DNA from: an uncultured delta proteobacterium
GTDB lineage: Bacteria; Desulfobacterota; Desulfobacteria; Desulfobacterales; SG8-13
Assembly (NCBI GenBank): GCA_963848135.1
Contig: CAWKCK010000009.1
Span: forward strand, 1-64,000
Direction of reading: 5' to 3'
Length of the DNA: 64,000 nt
Shown here: positions 42,116-52,337 of the stretch, one piece after another
Layout: each line of letters begins with the position of its first letter
Position numbering within the stretch: position 1 is the first letter of the stretch
The notes under the pieces: model-generated
What the model was told of the DNA's origin: nothing
Seen by the model: the letters and a program-made list of their open reading frames with translations, nothing else
Databases searched by the model: none
Translations under genes and position numbers: made by a program

Positions 42116-43087
42116 ATGGAAATTATGCTGAAAAAAGAATTGAACAATAGAGGGTTTACCCTGGTGGAACTCATGATCGCCATGGCGATGGCTGGTATTG
42201 TATCGGCAGCCATATTGATGGCCTTTAACTCCCAGCAGAAGACCCAGGTCAGTCAACAATTAGTGGTCGAAATGCAGCAGGATCTCCGTGCGGCCCTTTA
42301 CCTCATGCAGCAGGACATCCGCATGGCCGGGCACGATCCGCTGTGGATTGATGGCAATGCTGACCTGGTGGATGACAATCGGCCGACAGACCTTATCGAC
42401 AACGATTGCGACACAAATGCTGATGGTGCCGATCCGGATGAGGCCAATGATATCTCCGGCATCTTGGTGGCCGGCCCGCACACCATCCAGGTCAGGATGG
42501 ATATCGATAACAATGCGGGGGACAATGTTGCCGACGGCGATTTTTGCGATCCGAATGAACTCGTTGAATACGGATTGGCGGCCGACACGTTGACGATCGA
42601 TGGCGACGGAATTGCCAATAGCGGTGCAACGGATCTTCGGCGCAGTTCCGATGGCGGCGGTTTGCAAGTACTGGCCAGCTCGATCCAGGCGGTGAGTTTC
42701 GGCTATGCGTTTGACGATGACAATGGGGCGGCAACGCCTGATGGCATCGTCGACACCAACGGCAATAACATCATTTGGGCCTACGATTCCGATGGTGACG
42801 GCAATCTCGACCGACTTCTCGACAGCAATAACGATGGCGCCATTACCGAAGACGATGACCTCAATGGCGATGGGCGGATCAATGACGTCGCTCTGGCACC
42901 GACGGTGCCGGTCAACCGGATACGTGCAGTGAGGGTGTGGATTTTGGGACGAACCCGGGCACCTCTCCGCGATTACCGTGACAATGAAACGTATGTCGTG
43001 GGCGACAAGATCCTTATTCCGGGAGACACTTTCAAGAGGGAACTGCTGGCGACCAGTATGAATTGCCGTAACCTGGGGCTGCGTTAG
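42116..43087 (+). CDS. Type IV minor pilin PilW-like (cassette 2)
   Basis: RG|FTLVELMIAMA, DIRMAG, RNLGLR. Confidence 0.88.
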   Translation: MEIMLKKELNNRGFTLVELMIAMAMAGIVSAAILMAFNSQQKTQVSQQLVVEMQQDLRAALYLMQQDIRMAGHDPLWIDGNADLVDDNRPTDLIDNDCDTNADGADPDEANDISGILVAGPHTIQVRMDIDNNAGDNVADGDFCDPNELVEYGLAADTLTIDGDGIANSGATDLRRSSDGGGLQVLASSIQAVSFGYAFDDDNGAATPDGIVDTNGNNIIWAYDSDGDGNLDRLLDSNNDGAITEDDDLNGDGRINDVALAPTVPVNRIRAVRVWILGRTRAPLRDYRDNETYVVGDKILIPGDTFKRELLATSMNCRNLGLR

Positions 43088-43091
43088 CGCA

Positions 43092-43544
43092 ATGAACAAT
43101 CGATTGAACAAAATTAAAGCGATTCAGGTGAAACAGATGACAACCGAAAATCGTAACAATCAAGAAATTATTAATGACAAACGGGGATTTACACTGATCG
43201 AGGTTATGGTGGCCATGGCCATATTTGCGGTGGGGATTCTGGCTCTGGCCGGTCTTCAGACCAATTACATCAGCGGCAACGCGCAGGCACGGTTGAAAAC
43301 AGAAGCCACAGCTTTAGGCGGGCACGTGATCGAGCAATTGCGGTCGATGCCATTCAATGCTGCTGACCTCGATCCGGCAACCAATCCCCATCAGCCGCCG
43401 GTTGGTAGCACGGGACCCTTCGATGTGCAGTGGTCTGTGGCTGATAATACTCCAGTGAATAATGCTAAGATGGTCACCGTGTCAGTGACACCGGTTAACC
43501 GTAATGGCCGGCCGGTCAGGCTCAGCACGATAATTGCCGAGTAA
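43092..43544 (+). CDS. Type IV minor pilin PilV-like (cassette 2)
   Basis: RG|FTLIEVMVAMAIFAVGILALAGLQ. Confidence 0.88.
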   Translation: MNNRLNKIKAIQVKQMTTENRNNQEIINDKRGFTLIEVMVAMAIFAVGILALAGLQTNYISGNAQARLKTEATALGGHVIEQLRSMPFNAADLDPATNPHQPPVGSTGPFDVQWSVADNTPVNNAKMVTVSVTPVNRNGRPVRLSTIIAE

Positions 43545-43560
43545 AAAGGACATCTATCAA

Positions 43561-44244
43561 ATGAAAAATATAACTGCGATTGCGAAAAATGAACAGGGCT
43601 CGGTGCTCGTGATGGCTATCCTCATTCTCGTGCTGCTGACCATTTTGGCGTTCACCGCCATGCGAACAAGCACGATCGAAAGGCAGATCGCAGGGAACGA
43701 ACTCCTGCATCAGAAATATTTTTTCTCGGCTGAAGCGGGAGTCGACCATGCCGTCAAATTGCTGGAGCAACCTTTTGTGGCAATCAACGCGCCATTGGTG
43801 CGCTCAGGAGCGACAGCCAGTTGGGATTTTGCCTTTCTGGGTGCCGACCGGGTGGCAGGCGGCGGTGATGATGCCAGCGACCCCGACGGCGATACCATCG
43901 GCAGCTACGAGGATGCGGCCGGCAACAAAACCTCGGCGAGGTGGATCAATACGGCCGTTATCGACGGCATCAGCTATTCGATTTATCTTTGGAACAACGA
44001 TGAATCGGTTGCCACAGGAAGCGGCACGGGCGGCACCTTCAACGACGACAATGATGCCCTGGTGTGGATCCGCTCGGAAGCCTGGGGACCCCGCGGCGGG
44101 CGTGCCAGTGTGGAGATCCTGCTGCAGGGCGATACCACCGGTGAGAGTATTACCGGCTACACGGCCCAGGCCGGGGCCGGGGCCGGGAAAAATTACAATG
44201 CCAACGACTTGAATCCGATCACATCCTTTGATCGGCAACTGTAG
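43561..44244 (+). CDS. Type IV minor pilin PilX-like (cassette 2)
   Basis: EQG|SVLVMAILIL, FFSAEAG. Confidence 0.88.
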   Translation: MKNITAIAKNEQGSVLVMAILILVLLTILAFTAMRTSTIERQIAGNELLHQKYFFSAEAGVDHAVKLLEQPFVAINAPLVRSGATASWDFAFLGADRVAGGGDDASDPDGDTIGSYEDAAGNKTSARWINTAVIDGISYSIYLWNNDESVATGSGTGGTFNDDNDALVWIRSEAWGPRGGRASVEILLQGDTTGESITGYTAQAGAGAGKNYNANDLNPITSFDRQL

Positions 44245-44309
44245 ACATACACGATTATGACATTTTTACATACGAGATCTGAACGGAAAAGAGGAAGGAG
44301 AGGAACATT

Positions 44310-47300
44310 ATGACGCCTCATATTCAATATAAATCTAACAATACGATGGCCACGGGAAGAGCGTGGGGAAGACTGCTGACCATCGCCTTCCTCTGTATGG
44401 TTTTGCACCTTGGTGCTTTCACGATCAATTCAGACGCTGTGATGGTTACGGTGAGAAACAATGGAAACGGCTATGGAACGATAAATTTTGGCCCTTTAGA
44501 TATGTTACCTCAACCCTCCATTAGCATAACACCTATGTTTAATCAGCAAATTGACATGCCAAGTACGGTATACCTTTTTAATCCTATTCCGGATCCGGGA
44601 TCGGTTTTTACGTCACTTACGAAAGTACCTCCAACTAATATTACTCAAACAGGTGCGACTACCTGGTTAGTAAATCCCATTCTTGGTTCAGATGTCATTT
44701 ATGTAGATTTTGATTTAGACCAGTACGCAGTCGATGCGAGTGTGACCAGCGGCAACGGGTCGGTGAACCCGGCCACAGCCATGGTGGACCACGGCAACAG
44801 CCACACGGTAACCATCACCCCGACAGCGGGCTGGTACATCTCGGCAGTGACCGATAATGGTTCGCCGGTAGCCATCGGCAACCCGGATGGATTTGGCTAC
44901 ACGATCAACCCGGTAACCGAAGCGCACACGGTGGAGGTGACCTTCAGCATCTATCAGTACGCAGTCGATGCGAGTGTGACCAGCGGCAACGGGTCGGTGA
45001 ACCCGGCCACAGCCATGGTGGACCACGGCAACAGCCACACGGTAACCATCACCCCGACAGCGGGCTGGTACATCTCGGCAGTGACCGATAATGGTTCGCC
45101 GGTAGCCATCGGCAACCCGGATGGATTTGGCTACACGATCAACCCGGTAACCGAAGCGCACACGGTGGAGGTGACCTTCAGCATCTATCAGTACGCAGTC
45201 GATGCGAGTGTGACCAGCGGCAACGGGTCGGTGAACCCGGCCACAGCCATGGTGGACCACGGCAACAGCCACACGGTAACCATCACCCCGACAGCGGGCT
45301 GGTACATCTCGGCAGTGACCGATAATGGTTCGCCGGTAGCCATCGGCAACCCGGATGGATTTGGCTACACGATCAACCCGGTAACCGAAGCGCACACGGT
45401 GGAGGTGACCTTCAGCATCTATCAGTACGCAGTCGATGCGAGTGTGACCAGCGGCAACGGGTCGGTGAACCCGGCCACAGCCATGGTGGACCACGGCAAC
45501 AGCCACACGGTAACCATCACCCCGACAGCGGGCTGGTACATCTCGGCAGTGACCGATAATGGTTCGCCGGTAGCCATCGGCAACCCGGATGGATTTGGCT
45601 ACACGATCAACCCGGTAACCGAAGCGCACACGGTGGAGGTGACCTTCAGCATCTATCAGTACGCAGTCGATGCGAGTGTGACCAGCGGCAACGGGTCGGT
45701 GAACCCGGCCACAGCCATGGTGGACCACGGCAACAGCCACACGGTAACCATCACCCCGACAGCGGGCTGGTACATCTCGGCAGTGACCGATAATGGTTCG
45801 CCGGTAGCCATCGGCAACCCGGATGGATTTGGCTACACGATCAACCCGGTAACCGAAGCGCACACGGTGGAGGTGACCTTCAGCATCTATCAGTACGCAG
45901 TCGATGCGAGTGTGACCAGCGGCAACGGGTCGGTGAACCCGGCCACAGCCATGGTGGACCACGGCAACAGCCACACGGTAACCATCACCCCGACAGCGGG
46001 CTGGTACATCTCGGCAGTGACCGATAATGGTTCGCCGGTAGCCATCGGCAACCCGGATGGATTTGGCTACACGATCAACCCGGTAACCGAAGCGCACACG
46101 GTGGAGGTGACCTTCAGCATCTATCAGTACGCAGTCGATGCGAGTGTGACCAGCGGCAACGGGTCGGTGAACCCGGCCACAGCCATGGTGGACCACGGCA
46201 ACAGCCACACGGTAACCATCACCCCGACAGCGGGCTGGTACATCTCGGCAGTGACCGATAATGGTTCGCCGGTAGCCATCGGCAACCCGGATGGATTTGG
46301 CTACACGATCAACCCGGTAACCGAAGCGCACACGGTGGAGGTGACCTTCAGCATCTATCAGTACGCAGTCGATGCGAGTGTGACCAGCGGCAACGGGTCG
46401 GTGAACCCGGCCACAGCCATGGTGGACCACGGCAACAGCCACACGGTAACCATCACCCCGACAGCGGGCTGGTACATCTCGGCAGTGACCGATAATGGTT
46501 CGCCGGTAGCCATCGGCAACCCGGATGGATTTGGCTACACGATCAACCCGGTAACCGAAGCCCACACGGTGGAGGTGACCTTCAGCAAAACAAATTACAC
46601 GTTAACCTGGACAGTAAGCGGTAATGGGACGGTGAATCCTGCCAGCGGCACAACCTATGTGTATGATGACGCTCTGGCGATCACGGCGATTCCTGACCCA
46701 GGCTGGCAGTTTGTGAACTGGACCGGTGCAGGCGCTACTAACCTTGTGGACGCTAACAGCGCCAGCACAACAATCATCAACCCGACCACTGCCAATACGG
46801 ATCTTATCGCCAACTTTGCTAAAACAACCTATGCATTGACCTGGACGGTTAATGGCAGTGGCACGGTAACTCCGGCTAGTGGCACGAACTATGTGTTTGA
46901 TACGGCTCTGGTGGTCACGGCGACTCCGGCCGCGGGCTGGGAGTTTGTGAATTGGACCGGCGCGGGCGCGGCCAACCTTGTTGACGCCAACAGCGCCAGT
47001 ACCACGATCATCAACCCGACTGCCTCCAATACGGATCTCGTCGCCAACTTTGCCAAGACGATCTACACGTTAACCTGGACTGTCACCGGTAGCGGCACTG
47101 TTGCCCCTGCCAGCGGCACGACCTATGTGCTCGATGACGCTCTGGCAGTGACGGCGACCCCGGCCGCGGGCTGGCAATTTGTGAATTGGACCGGTGCGGG
47201 CGCGGTGAACCTGATGGACGCCAACAGCGCCAGTACCACGATTATTAATCCGACAACCGCCAATACGGATCTTGTCGCGAATTTTATCCATATCGAATAT

Positions 47301-50300
47301 ACATTGACTGTTAACCGAACCGGCGGCATGGGTACAGGTATTGTATCTGTCAGTCCGTCACAGGCGACCTACCATTATGGGGACGTTGTAACCATTACCG
47401 CTGGGGCCGGAGCTGGTGAGACTTTTGGGAGCTGGAGCGGAGACTTAAGCGGAAGCAACAACCCGGAGACTTTGACAATAAGCGACAACCACACGGTGAC
47501 AGCCAATTATAACTTTATTGAATACAACCTGAACATCACTATCAGTGAACCCTTTCCTGGTGGCGGGACTGCCGTAACGAAGAGCCCGGATCAGGCTACT
47601 TATCACTATGGTGAAGTCGTAACCCTGACGGCAGTTCCCGGAACCGGTGAGATCTTCACTGGTTGGAGCGGCGATGTAACGGACACCGCCAATCCAATCT
47701 CAATCACCATCGATGGTGATAAAAACGTAACCGCAACTTTTGATAAGCAGACTGTAACCCTGGATATGCAGGTTGTTTTCTTGGATGTCGGCGCTGTTGG
47801 GTCGGTAAGCCCCGTTTCCGGGATCCACAGTTACCTCTGGGGCGACACCGTGGCTGTTTCAGCAATGCCAGATGTTTCCTCCACGGAATTTGTGAGCTGG
47901 AGTCCCAACGTCGTCGGCGGGGTGGTAACCATGAACGGTAACCAGACAGTTATCGCCACCTTTGACCTGAGGACCTTCACGGTGACATATCAGGCTGGTG
48001 CCAATGGTACCCTGGATGACGGCAGTATCACGGCGGACACCATTGTCCAGAACGTCAGATGGGGCCAGAACTCGACGGTCGTCACCGGTGTTGCAGACGT
48101 TCATTATCACTTCCATGAGTGGGTCAACGATGCCGATGGTACGGTGATGGGCACCGACCCGAGCTTGCAGGCGATCCATGTCATCCAAGACCTGGTTTTC
48201 ACGGGCCACTTCGAGATCGACAAGTACACGCTGACCTTCACCGGGGGCAATTTCGGCGACGTTGAAGTGGGCGGTACGACCTTCCCTGTCGAGTACCAGG
48301 AGATCGTCGATTGGAACAGTAGTTCGAGCCTGGTGACGGCATTGCCGGAAGACCAGACGCAGTTCCAGGGGTGGACCGGGACGGGAGGTTTTACGTCCGG
48401 TGACCTGGCGATCCAGATCAACAACGTCGATGAGGATATGACTTTCACTTTCGACACTGTGCCCGATATTAACGGGTGTTCCACCGATGTGGTTTACGAC
48501 GATAACGCGAGCGGTTTTACTGCAACAGATTTCAATCGGGTGAACGTCGATGTCGACAGTGTGACCGGTAATTTCAAATTGAACACCGGCAATCAGGCGA
48601 TTGATCCTGACAGTATCATCGTTCCCTTCAAGCAGGATGTCTATGTCACCTTTCTCTATGAGGGCGCCGGTTTCAAACAGTCCGATTTCGGTTGGATATT
48701 TGCCAGCGAGGGCAAGAACGGCGTCAAGCACCCAATTTATAACAACATCAACGACGACACGCCTAGAGACGGCATTCTGGACGGTGTGACCGACACGAAT
48801 GGTGACGGAACTATCGACCGGCACGACAACAAGGTCTTCCTGGGGACCATCGATGGTGGCACCGAAATCGTCTTTTACCTCGATGCGAGAGACAACGGCT
48901 GCGGCGGGTGGTGCGGTGACATCTTCTTCACCAAGAAGGACTGGAACGACCATGATTTGCACGGAAGGTGTACGGCGACATCCGGTATTGCCCGAGAGGT
49001 CCGTCTCTACCAGGACGGCGGCGAGGGCGATACGAGCTGTTACGGTTACGTGGCCGCTTGCGGCCCCGGCGTGAAAACCCAGGGTTGGATGGATGCTGCT
49101 GCCCGAATTCGCCTGAACGCCGATTTCGGCTTCAATTTCCGGGCACCAACCGGATCCGATCCTCCCGGGTTCAACACCGAGTGTATCGACGAGCTCAACG
49201 GTACAACGTCCACCCACGCCATCGTGGGCGCACCGGACGAAACGCCGTTTGCCTGGGTCATTGGTTTCGACGATACAACCATGGATGATCCGGCCAAGAG
49301 CAATGATTATGACTACAACGATGTCGTCTTTCTGATCGAGCGCAAGACTGGTGGTATGGCCCAGCTTGAGCTATCCGAGGCGATCGTTCCCAACGAGGCC
49401 AATGCATATTTCACGGCGCTGGTATTGGATGTGTACGATTATCATCCGGGCAGCACGTGTTTGGGTAAAACCAGCTCGAAATACTATGTATCGGCCAGTG
49501 GCGGCGCAGCCGGTAGCTGGATCGAGGTTACGGCCTGGGATAAAATACACGCATCCGATGCGGCCAAGACCATCGGTACGGCAATCGATCCTGTCAGCTG
49601 GTCACCGGGCAATCCGGAGTACACCTACCGATCCCGGCGTATCGACCTGGCCGGTCTTGGGCTGACCGGAAACCAGCTGATCTGGAAAGTGGAATTGATC
49701 AGTGAGGATGAGGACTGTGTACCGGAAGTGGTGGATGTACAGATCAAAGCTGACACGGCCAGTCATGGTTTCTTCTCGCGCAGCTCGCCCGTCGTGCAGA
49801 CCAATGTAATTTATTCTGGTAACTACGAAACACCGGATGCGGGCTGGACCGAACGGATCAATAGGGGGCACTTGACCGCCAGCCGGCTCTACGATCCGGA
49901 AATTCCGGACAGCACGTTAACCGGTGACCAGACTCTCTGGGATGCCGGCGTGGAGCTGACGGCCATGGACCCGGACACCCGGACGATATACTATCCCAAT
50001 ATCACCGTGACTCAGGTGGTAAATGAGGCTCTCCTGGATGCGTCCAATAACCCTGTCCTTGGGGACGGCGTTACCACGACTTTCACTGGTACGTTGGCAC
50101 ATCACCCTGTTGTGGCCACCACTGTAAAGATATTTGACGACCAAGAAACCTTCACTGATCAGTTTACCGATACGCTACAGGGTAACTTTAACGGCAGCGG
50201 TACGATCAAGCGGTTCACGGGTGAGTATACGGTCACTTTCCAAGCACCTCCGATGGCCAATGTTCCGATCAAGGCCAGCTACTCATATTACAGTGCTTCG

Positions 50301-52094
50301 AGCACACTGGTGGCATTCAACGGTGCCAACGTGAACAACGCCATGCTGGCACTGACCGACGATTTCGTGTGGCCCACGGGTTATATTCACGATTTCAACG
50401 GGGACAATAACTTCACGGAAGCCGACGCAGACTGGCTCGTGCAGTGGATGCGGGGTTACCGTCAACCCAACAGCTCCCTCAAGAAAGAGTGGCTGCTGGG
50501 GCCGATCGATCACTCGACTGCAGCCGTTGTGGTGCCGCCCGGATTTCCACTGTGGTACTTTGGCAGCCAGGTGACCGATGCGGAACGGGAGCAATACGAG
50601 GTTTTCCGCACCGCTCACGATGACCGCGACACCGTCGTGTTTGTGGGGTCGCGTGACGGCATGCTGCACGCCTTTGACGGCGGCAAGTTCCGTTACGGCG
50701 ACAACCCGGAGACCACCGGCGTCGAGGAGCACCGGGGCTACTTTTTGTGGGAGCCAAAAACAGGAACCGACCCGTCCTACTGTGACGCCTACACTACCAA
50801 CTGCCCCAACTATGGCACTGGCGAAGAATTATGGGCCTTCATTCCGGCCAACCTATTGCCGCGGCTGAAGAACAATCTGCTCAAGGCCGATGATCAGGCA
50901 TTCGTGGACGCCTCGCCGGCGCTTGCGGACGCATACATCGACACCAATGCCGACGGTTTGGCCGACACCTGGAAGACAGTACTGCTCTCGGCCGAGGGGA
51001 ACGGCGGCGATACGGTCTTTTGCCTGGATATAACCGATCCCCACAACCCGAGTTTCATGTGGGAGTTTGCCGCGCCCGAGCTTTTCCGCAGCCGGTCGTC
51101 GCCTGCCGTGGCGCAAATCGGTCGGATCCAAGATCCGTTGACCAATCAGGCCAAGTGGGTGGCATTCTTCGTGACCGGTAAGGTGGAAAACGCCGCCCTG
51201 TTCCCGGCGATCTACATGATCGACATCTCCAATGGCAGTGTGTTACACCGGGTAGTGCTAGATGACGCTGTCGACCTGGATGGTAGCGGAATCATCGAAG
51301 CGGGCGAGGTGGATTATGGCCGCGGCGGCGTACCCAGCGGTCAACCGGCGGTGGTGGATTCCGACGAGAACGGGTTTATCGACCGAATGTACCTGGGCAC
51401 CGACAAGGGGTTTATGTACAAGATCAACATCCCCGACGACCCGGTAAACACCAACAGCAATTCGGTTACCCACTGTGTGCTCAATACCGACTTTGTCGAC
51501 GAGGACTTCAACACGGTGGATGCGGCCCAACGCTGGCACCCGATCTATGCATCACCGGCCATCGTGGTGGATAACAGCATTTCGCCCCTCGGTGACATCG
51601 AGTACAACGTGATGGTGTTATTCGGCACAGGTGACAGCCCGTACTATGATGAGAACATCAACACGTCCACAACGCGTTATCACTTCTTCGCTTACGCGGA
51701 CACGGCAGACAAGATGGATTGCACCCCGTCAAATCACAAACTGGAGTGGTACCTCGAGCTGGATGAAGGCCACCGGATTTTTGCCTCGGCCTTTGCTGCA
51801 GCCGGACAGATATACTTTGGCACCTCCACGGCCGAGACAGAGGATCCCTGCGAAGGGCACCTCGAGGCCGGCGGCAACGAAGGACGCATCTATGCCGTCA
51901 CTCTGGAGGGGGTCGTTCTCCTGAACAAGGTGGTGGGAGATATGAGCACCTCACCCCTGGTGGAAGACGAACACATCTACTTCAGGACCCCCACTGGGCT
52001 GCAATCCATGGGCGCTGGGGTATACAACAACGAGGTGCAGGCGGCGGGTACGCCGACCATCAATTTCCGCAGCTGGCGGGAAGTCATTAATTAG
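44310..52094 (+). CDS. Giant PilY1-like adhesin (2594 aa): repeat stalk, DUF4114-like domain and beta-propeller
   Basis: Signal peptide; many ~78-aa InlB-B/Flg_new-like repeats (GW.F..WTG); DYDYNDVVF; GSRDGMLHAF, ELWAFIP, FVDASP; C-terminal RSWREV. Confidence 0.85.
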   Translation: MTPHIQYKSNNTMATGRAWGRLLTIAFLCMVLHLGAFTINSDAVMVTVRNNGNGYGTINFGPLDMLPQPSISITPMFNQQIDMPSTVYLFNPIPDPGSVFTSLTKVPPTNITQTGATTWLVNPILGSDVIYVDFDLDQYAVDASVTSGNGSVNPATAMVDHGNSHTVTITPTAGWYISAVTDNGSPVAIGNPDGFGYTINPVTEAHTVEVTFSIYQYAVDASVTSGNGSVNPATAMVDHGNSHTVTITPTAGWYISAVTDNGSPVAIGNPDGFGYTINPVTEAHTVEVTFSIYQYAVDASVTSGNGSVNPATAMVDHGNSHTVTITPTAGWYISAVTDNGSPVAIGNPDGFGYTINPVTEAHTVEVTFSIYQYAVDASVTSGNGSVNPATAMVDHGNSHTVTITPTAGWYISAVTDNGSPVAIGNPDGFGYTINPVTEAHTVEVTFSIYQYAVDASVTSGNGSVNPATAMVDHGNSHTVTITPTAGWYISAVTDNGSPVAIGNPDGFGYTINPVTEAHTVEVTFSIYQYAVDASVTSGNGSVNPATAMVDHGNSHTVTITPTAGWYISAVTDNGSPVAIGNPDGFGYTINPVTEAHTVEVTFSIYQYAVDASVTSGNGSVNPATAMVDHGNSHTVTITPTAGWYISAVTDNGSPVAIGNPDGFGYTINPVTEAHTVEVTFSIYQYAVDASVTSGNGSVNPATAMVDHGNSHTVTITPTAGWYISAVTDNGSPVAIGNPDGFGYTINPVTEAHTVEVTFSKTNYTLTWTVSGNGTVNPASGTTYVYDDALAITAIPDPGWQFVNWTGAGATNLVDANSASTTIINPTTANTDLIANFAKTTYALTWTVNGSGTVTPASGTNYVFDTALVVTATPAAGWEFVNWTGAGAANLVDANSASTTIINPTASNTDLVANFAKTIYTLTWTVTGSGTVAPASGTTYVLDDALAVTATPAAGWQFVNWTGAGAVNLMDANSASTTIINPTTANTDLVANFIHIEYTLTVNRTGGMGTGIVSVSPSQATYHYGDVVTITAGAGAGETFGSWSGDLSGSNNPETLTISDNHTVTANYNFIEYNLNITISEPFPGGGTAVTKSPDQATYHYGEVVTLTAVPGTGEIFTGWSGDVTDTANPISITIDGDKNVTATFDKQTVTLDMQVVFLDVGAVGSVSPVSGIHSYLWGDTVAVSAMPDVSSTEFVSWSPNVVGGVVTMNGNQTVIATFDLRTFTVTYQAGANGTLDDGSITADTIVQNVRWGQNSTVVTGVADVHYHFHEWVNDADGTVMGTDPSLQAIHVIQDLVFTGHFEIDKYTLTFTGGNFGDVEVGGTTFPVEYQEIVDWNSSSSLVTALPEDQTQFQGWTGTGGFTSGDLAIQINNVDEDMTFTFDTVPDINGCSTDVVYDDNASGFTATDFNRVNVDVDSVTGNFKLNTGNQAIDPDSIIVPFKQDVYVTFLYEGAGFKQSDFGWIFASEGKNGVKHPIYNNINDDTPRDGILDGVTDTNGDGTIDRHDNKVFLGTIDGGTEIVFYLDARDNGCGGWCGDIFFTKKDWNDHDLHGRCTATSGIAREVRLYQDGGEGDTSCYGYVAACGPGVKTQGWMDAAARIRLNADFGFNFRAPTGSDPPGFNTECIDELNGTTSTHAIVGAPDETPFAWVIGFDDTTMDDPAKSNDYDYNDVVFLIERKTGGMAQLELSEAIVPNEANAYFTALVLDVYDYHPGSTCLGKTSSKYYVSASGGAAGSWIEVTAWDKIHASDAAKTIGTAIDPVSWSPGNPEYTYRSRRIDLAGLGLTGNQLIWKVELISEDEDCVPEVVDVQIKADTASHGFFSRSSPVVQTNVIYSGNYETPDAGWTERINRGHLTASRLYDPEIPDSTLTGDQTLWDAGVELTAMDPDTRTIYYPNITVTQVVNEALLDASNNPVLGDGVTTTFTGTLAHHPVVATTVKIFDDQETFTDQFTDTLQGNFNGSGTIKRFTGEYTVTFQAPPMANVPIKASYSYYSASSTLVAFNGANVNNAMLALTDDFVWPTGYIHDFNGDNNFTEADADWLVQWMRGYRQPNSSLKKEWLLGPIDHSTAAVVVPPGFPLWYFGSQVTDAEREQYEVFRTAHDDRDTVVFVGSRDGMLHAFDGGKFRYGDNPETTGVEEHRGYFLWEPKTGTDPSYCDAYTTNCPNYGTGEELWAFIPANLLPRLKNNLLKADDQAFVDASPALADAYIDTNADGLADTWKTVLLSAEGNGGDTVFCLDITDPHNPSFMWEFAAPELFRSRSSPAVAQIGRIQDPLTNQAKWVAFFVTGKVENAALFPAIYMIDISNGSVLHRVVLDDAVDLDGSGIIEAGEVDYGRGGVPSGQPAVVDSDENGFIDRMYLGTDKGFMYKINIPDDPVNTNSNSVTHCVLNTDFVDEDFNTVDAAQRWHPIYASPAIVVDNSISPLGDIEYNVMVLFGTGDSPYYDENINTSTTRYHFFAYADTADKMDCTPSNHKLEWYLELDEGHRIFASAFAAAGQIYFGTSTAETEDPCEGHLEAGGNEGRIYAVTLEGVVLLNKVVGDMSTSPLVEDEHIYFRTPTGLQSMGAGVYNNEVQAAGTPTINFRSWREVIN
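44721..46587 (+). repeat. Tandem array of eight 234-bp (78-aa) units
   Basis: Units start at 44721, 44955, 45189, 45423, 45657, 45891, 46125 and 46359. They are identical as read, except a synonymous GCG>GCC change and a truncated end in unit 8. Confidence 0.95.
46590..47291 (+). repeat. Three diverged 78-aa tandem repeats
   Basis: Y.LTWTV.G.GTV.PASGT.YV...GW.FVNWTGAGA.NL.DANSASTTIINPT occurs three times. Confidence 0.9.
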
Positions 52095-52337
52095 TGTTCT
52101 ATTAACGACATTACAGATGGGCCGGGGACCTGGTCTTGCCGGAAGGGCGATGCCATGAACCCGGCCCGTCTTGATTTGCTACCCGATACTCTTCTCGGTC
52201 ATATTTGGATCGGTTTTTCCGCCGGACGCTAAAATTGACGGTTTGATTGGGGTTCGGTATAATCATATCTACTGATATCACCTGCGTTGATTGCCGCAGG
52301 TTGAGATTTCCACTCGGTTTCGATTTTCTCACTCAAG

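Noticed and set aside
44715..46565. 616-aa minus-strand ORF
   Set aside because: It is the antisense shadow of the 234-bp repeat; one stop-free unit is simply repeated eight times
44721..46587. Possible CRISPR array, or diversity-generating retroelement template/variable repeats
   Set aside because: Units are contiguous, in frame and have no spacers; no cas or reverse transcriptase genes are present and there are no adenine-specific differences
32734..52094. Shufflon or invertible switch between the two cassettes
   Set aside because: The cassettes are in direct orientation, and I saw no recombinase gene or recombination-site inverted repeats
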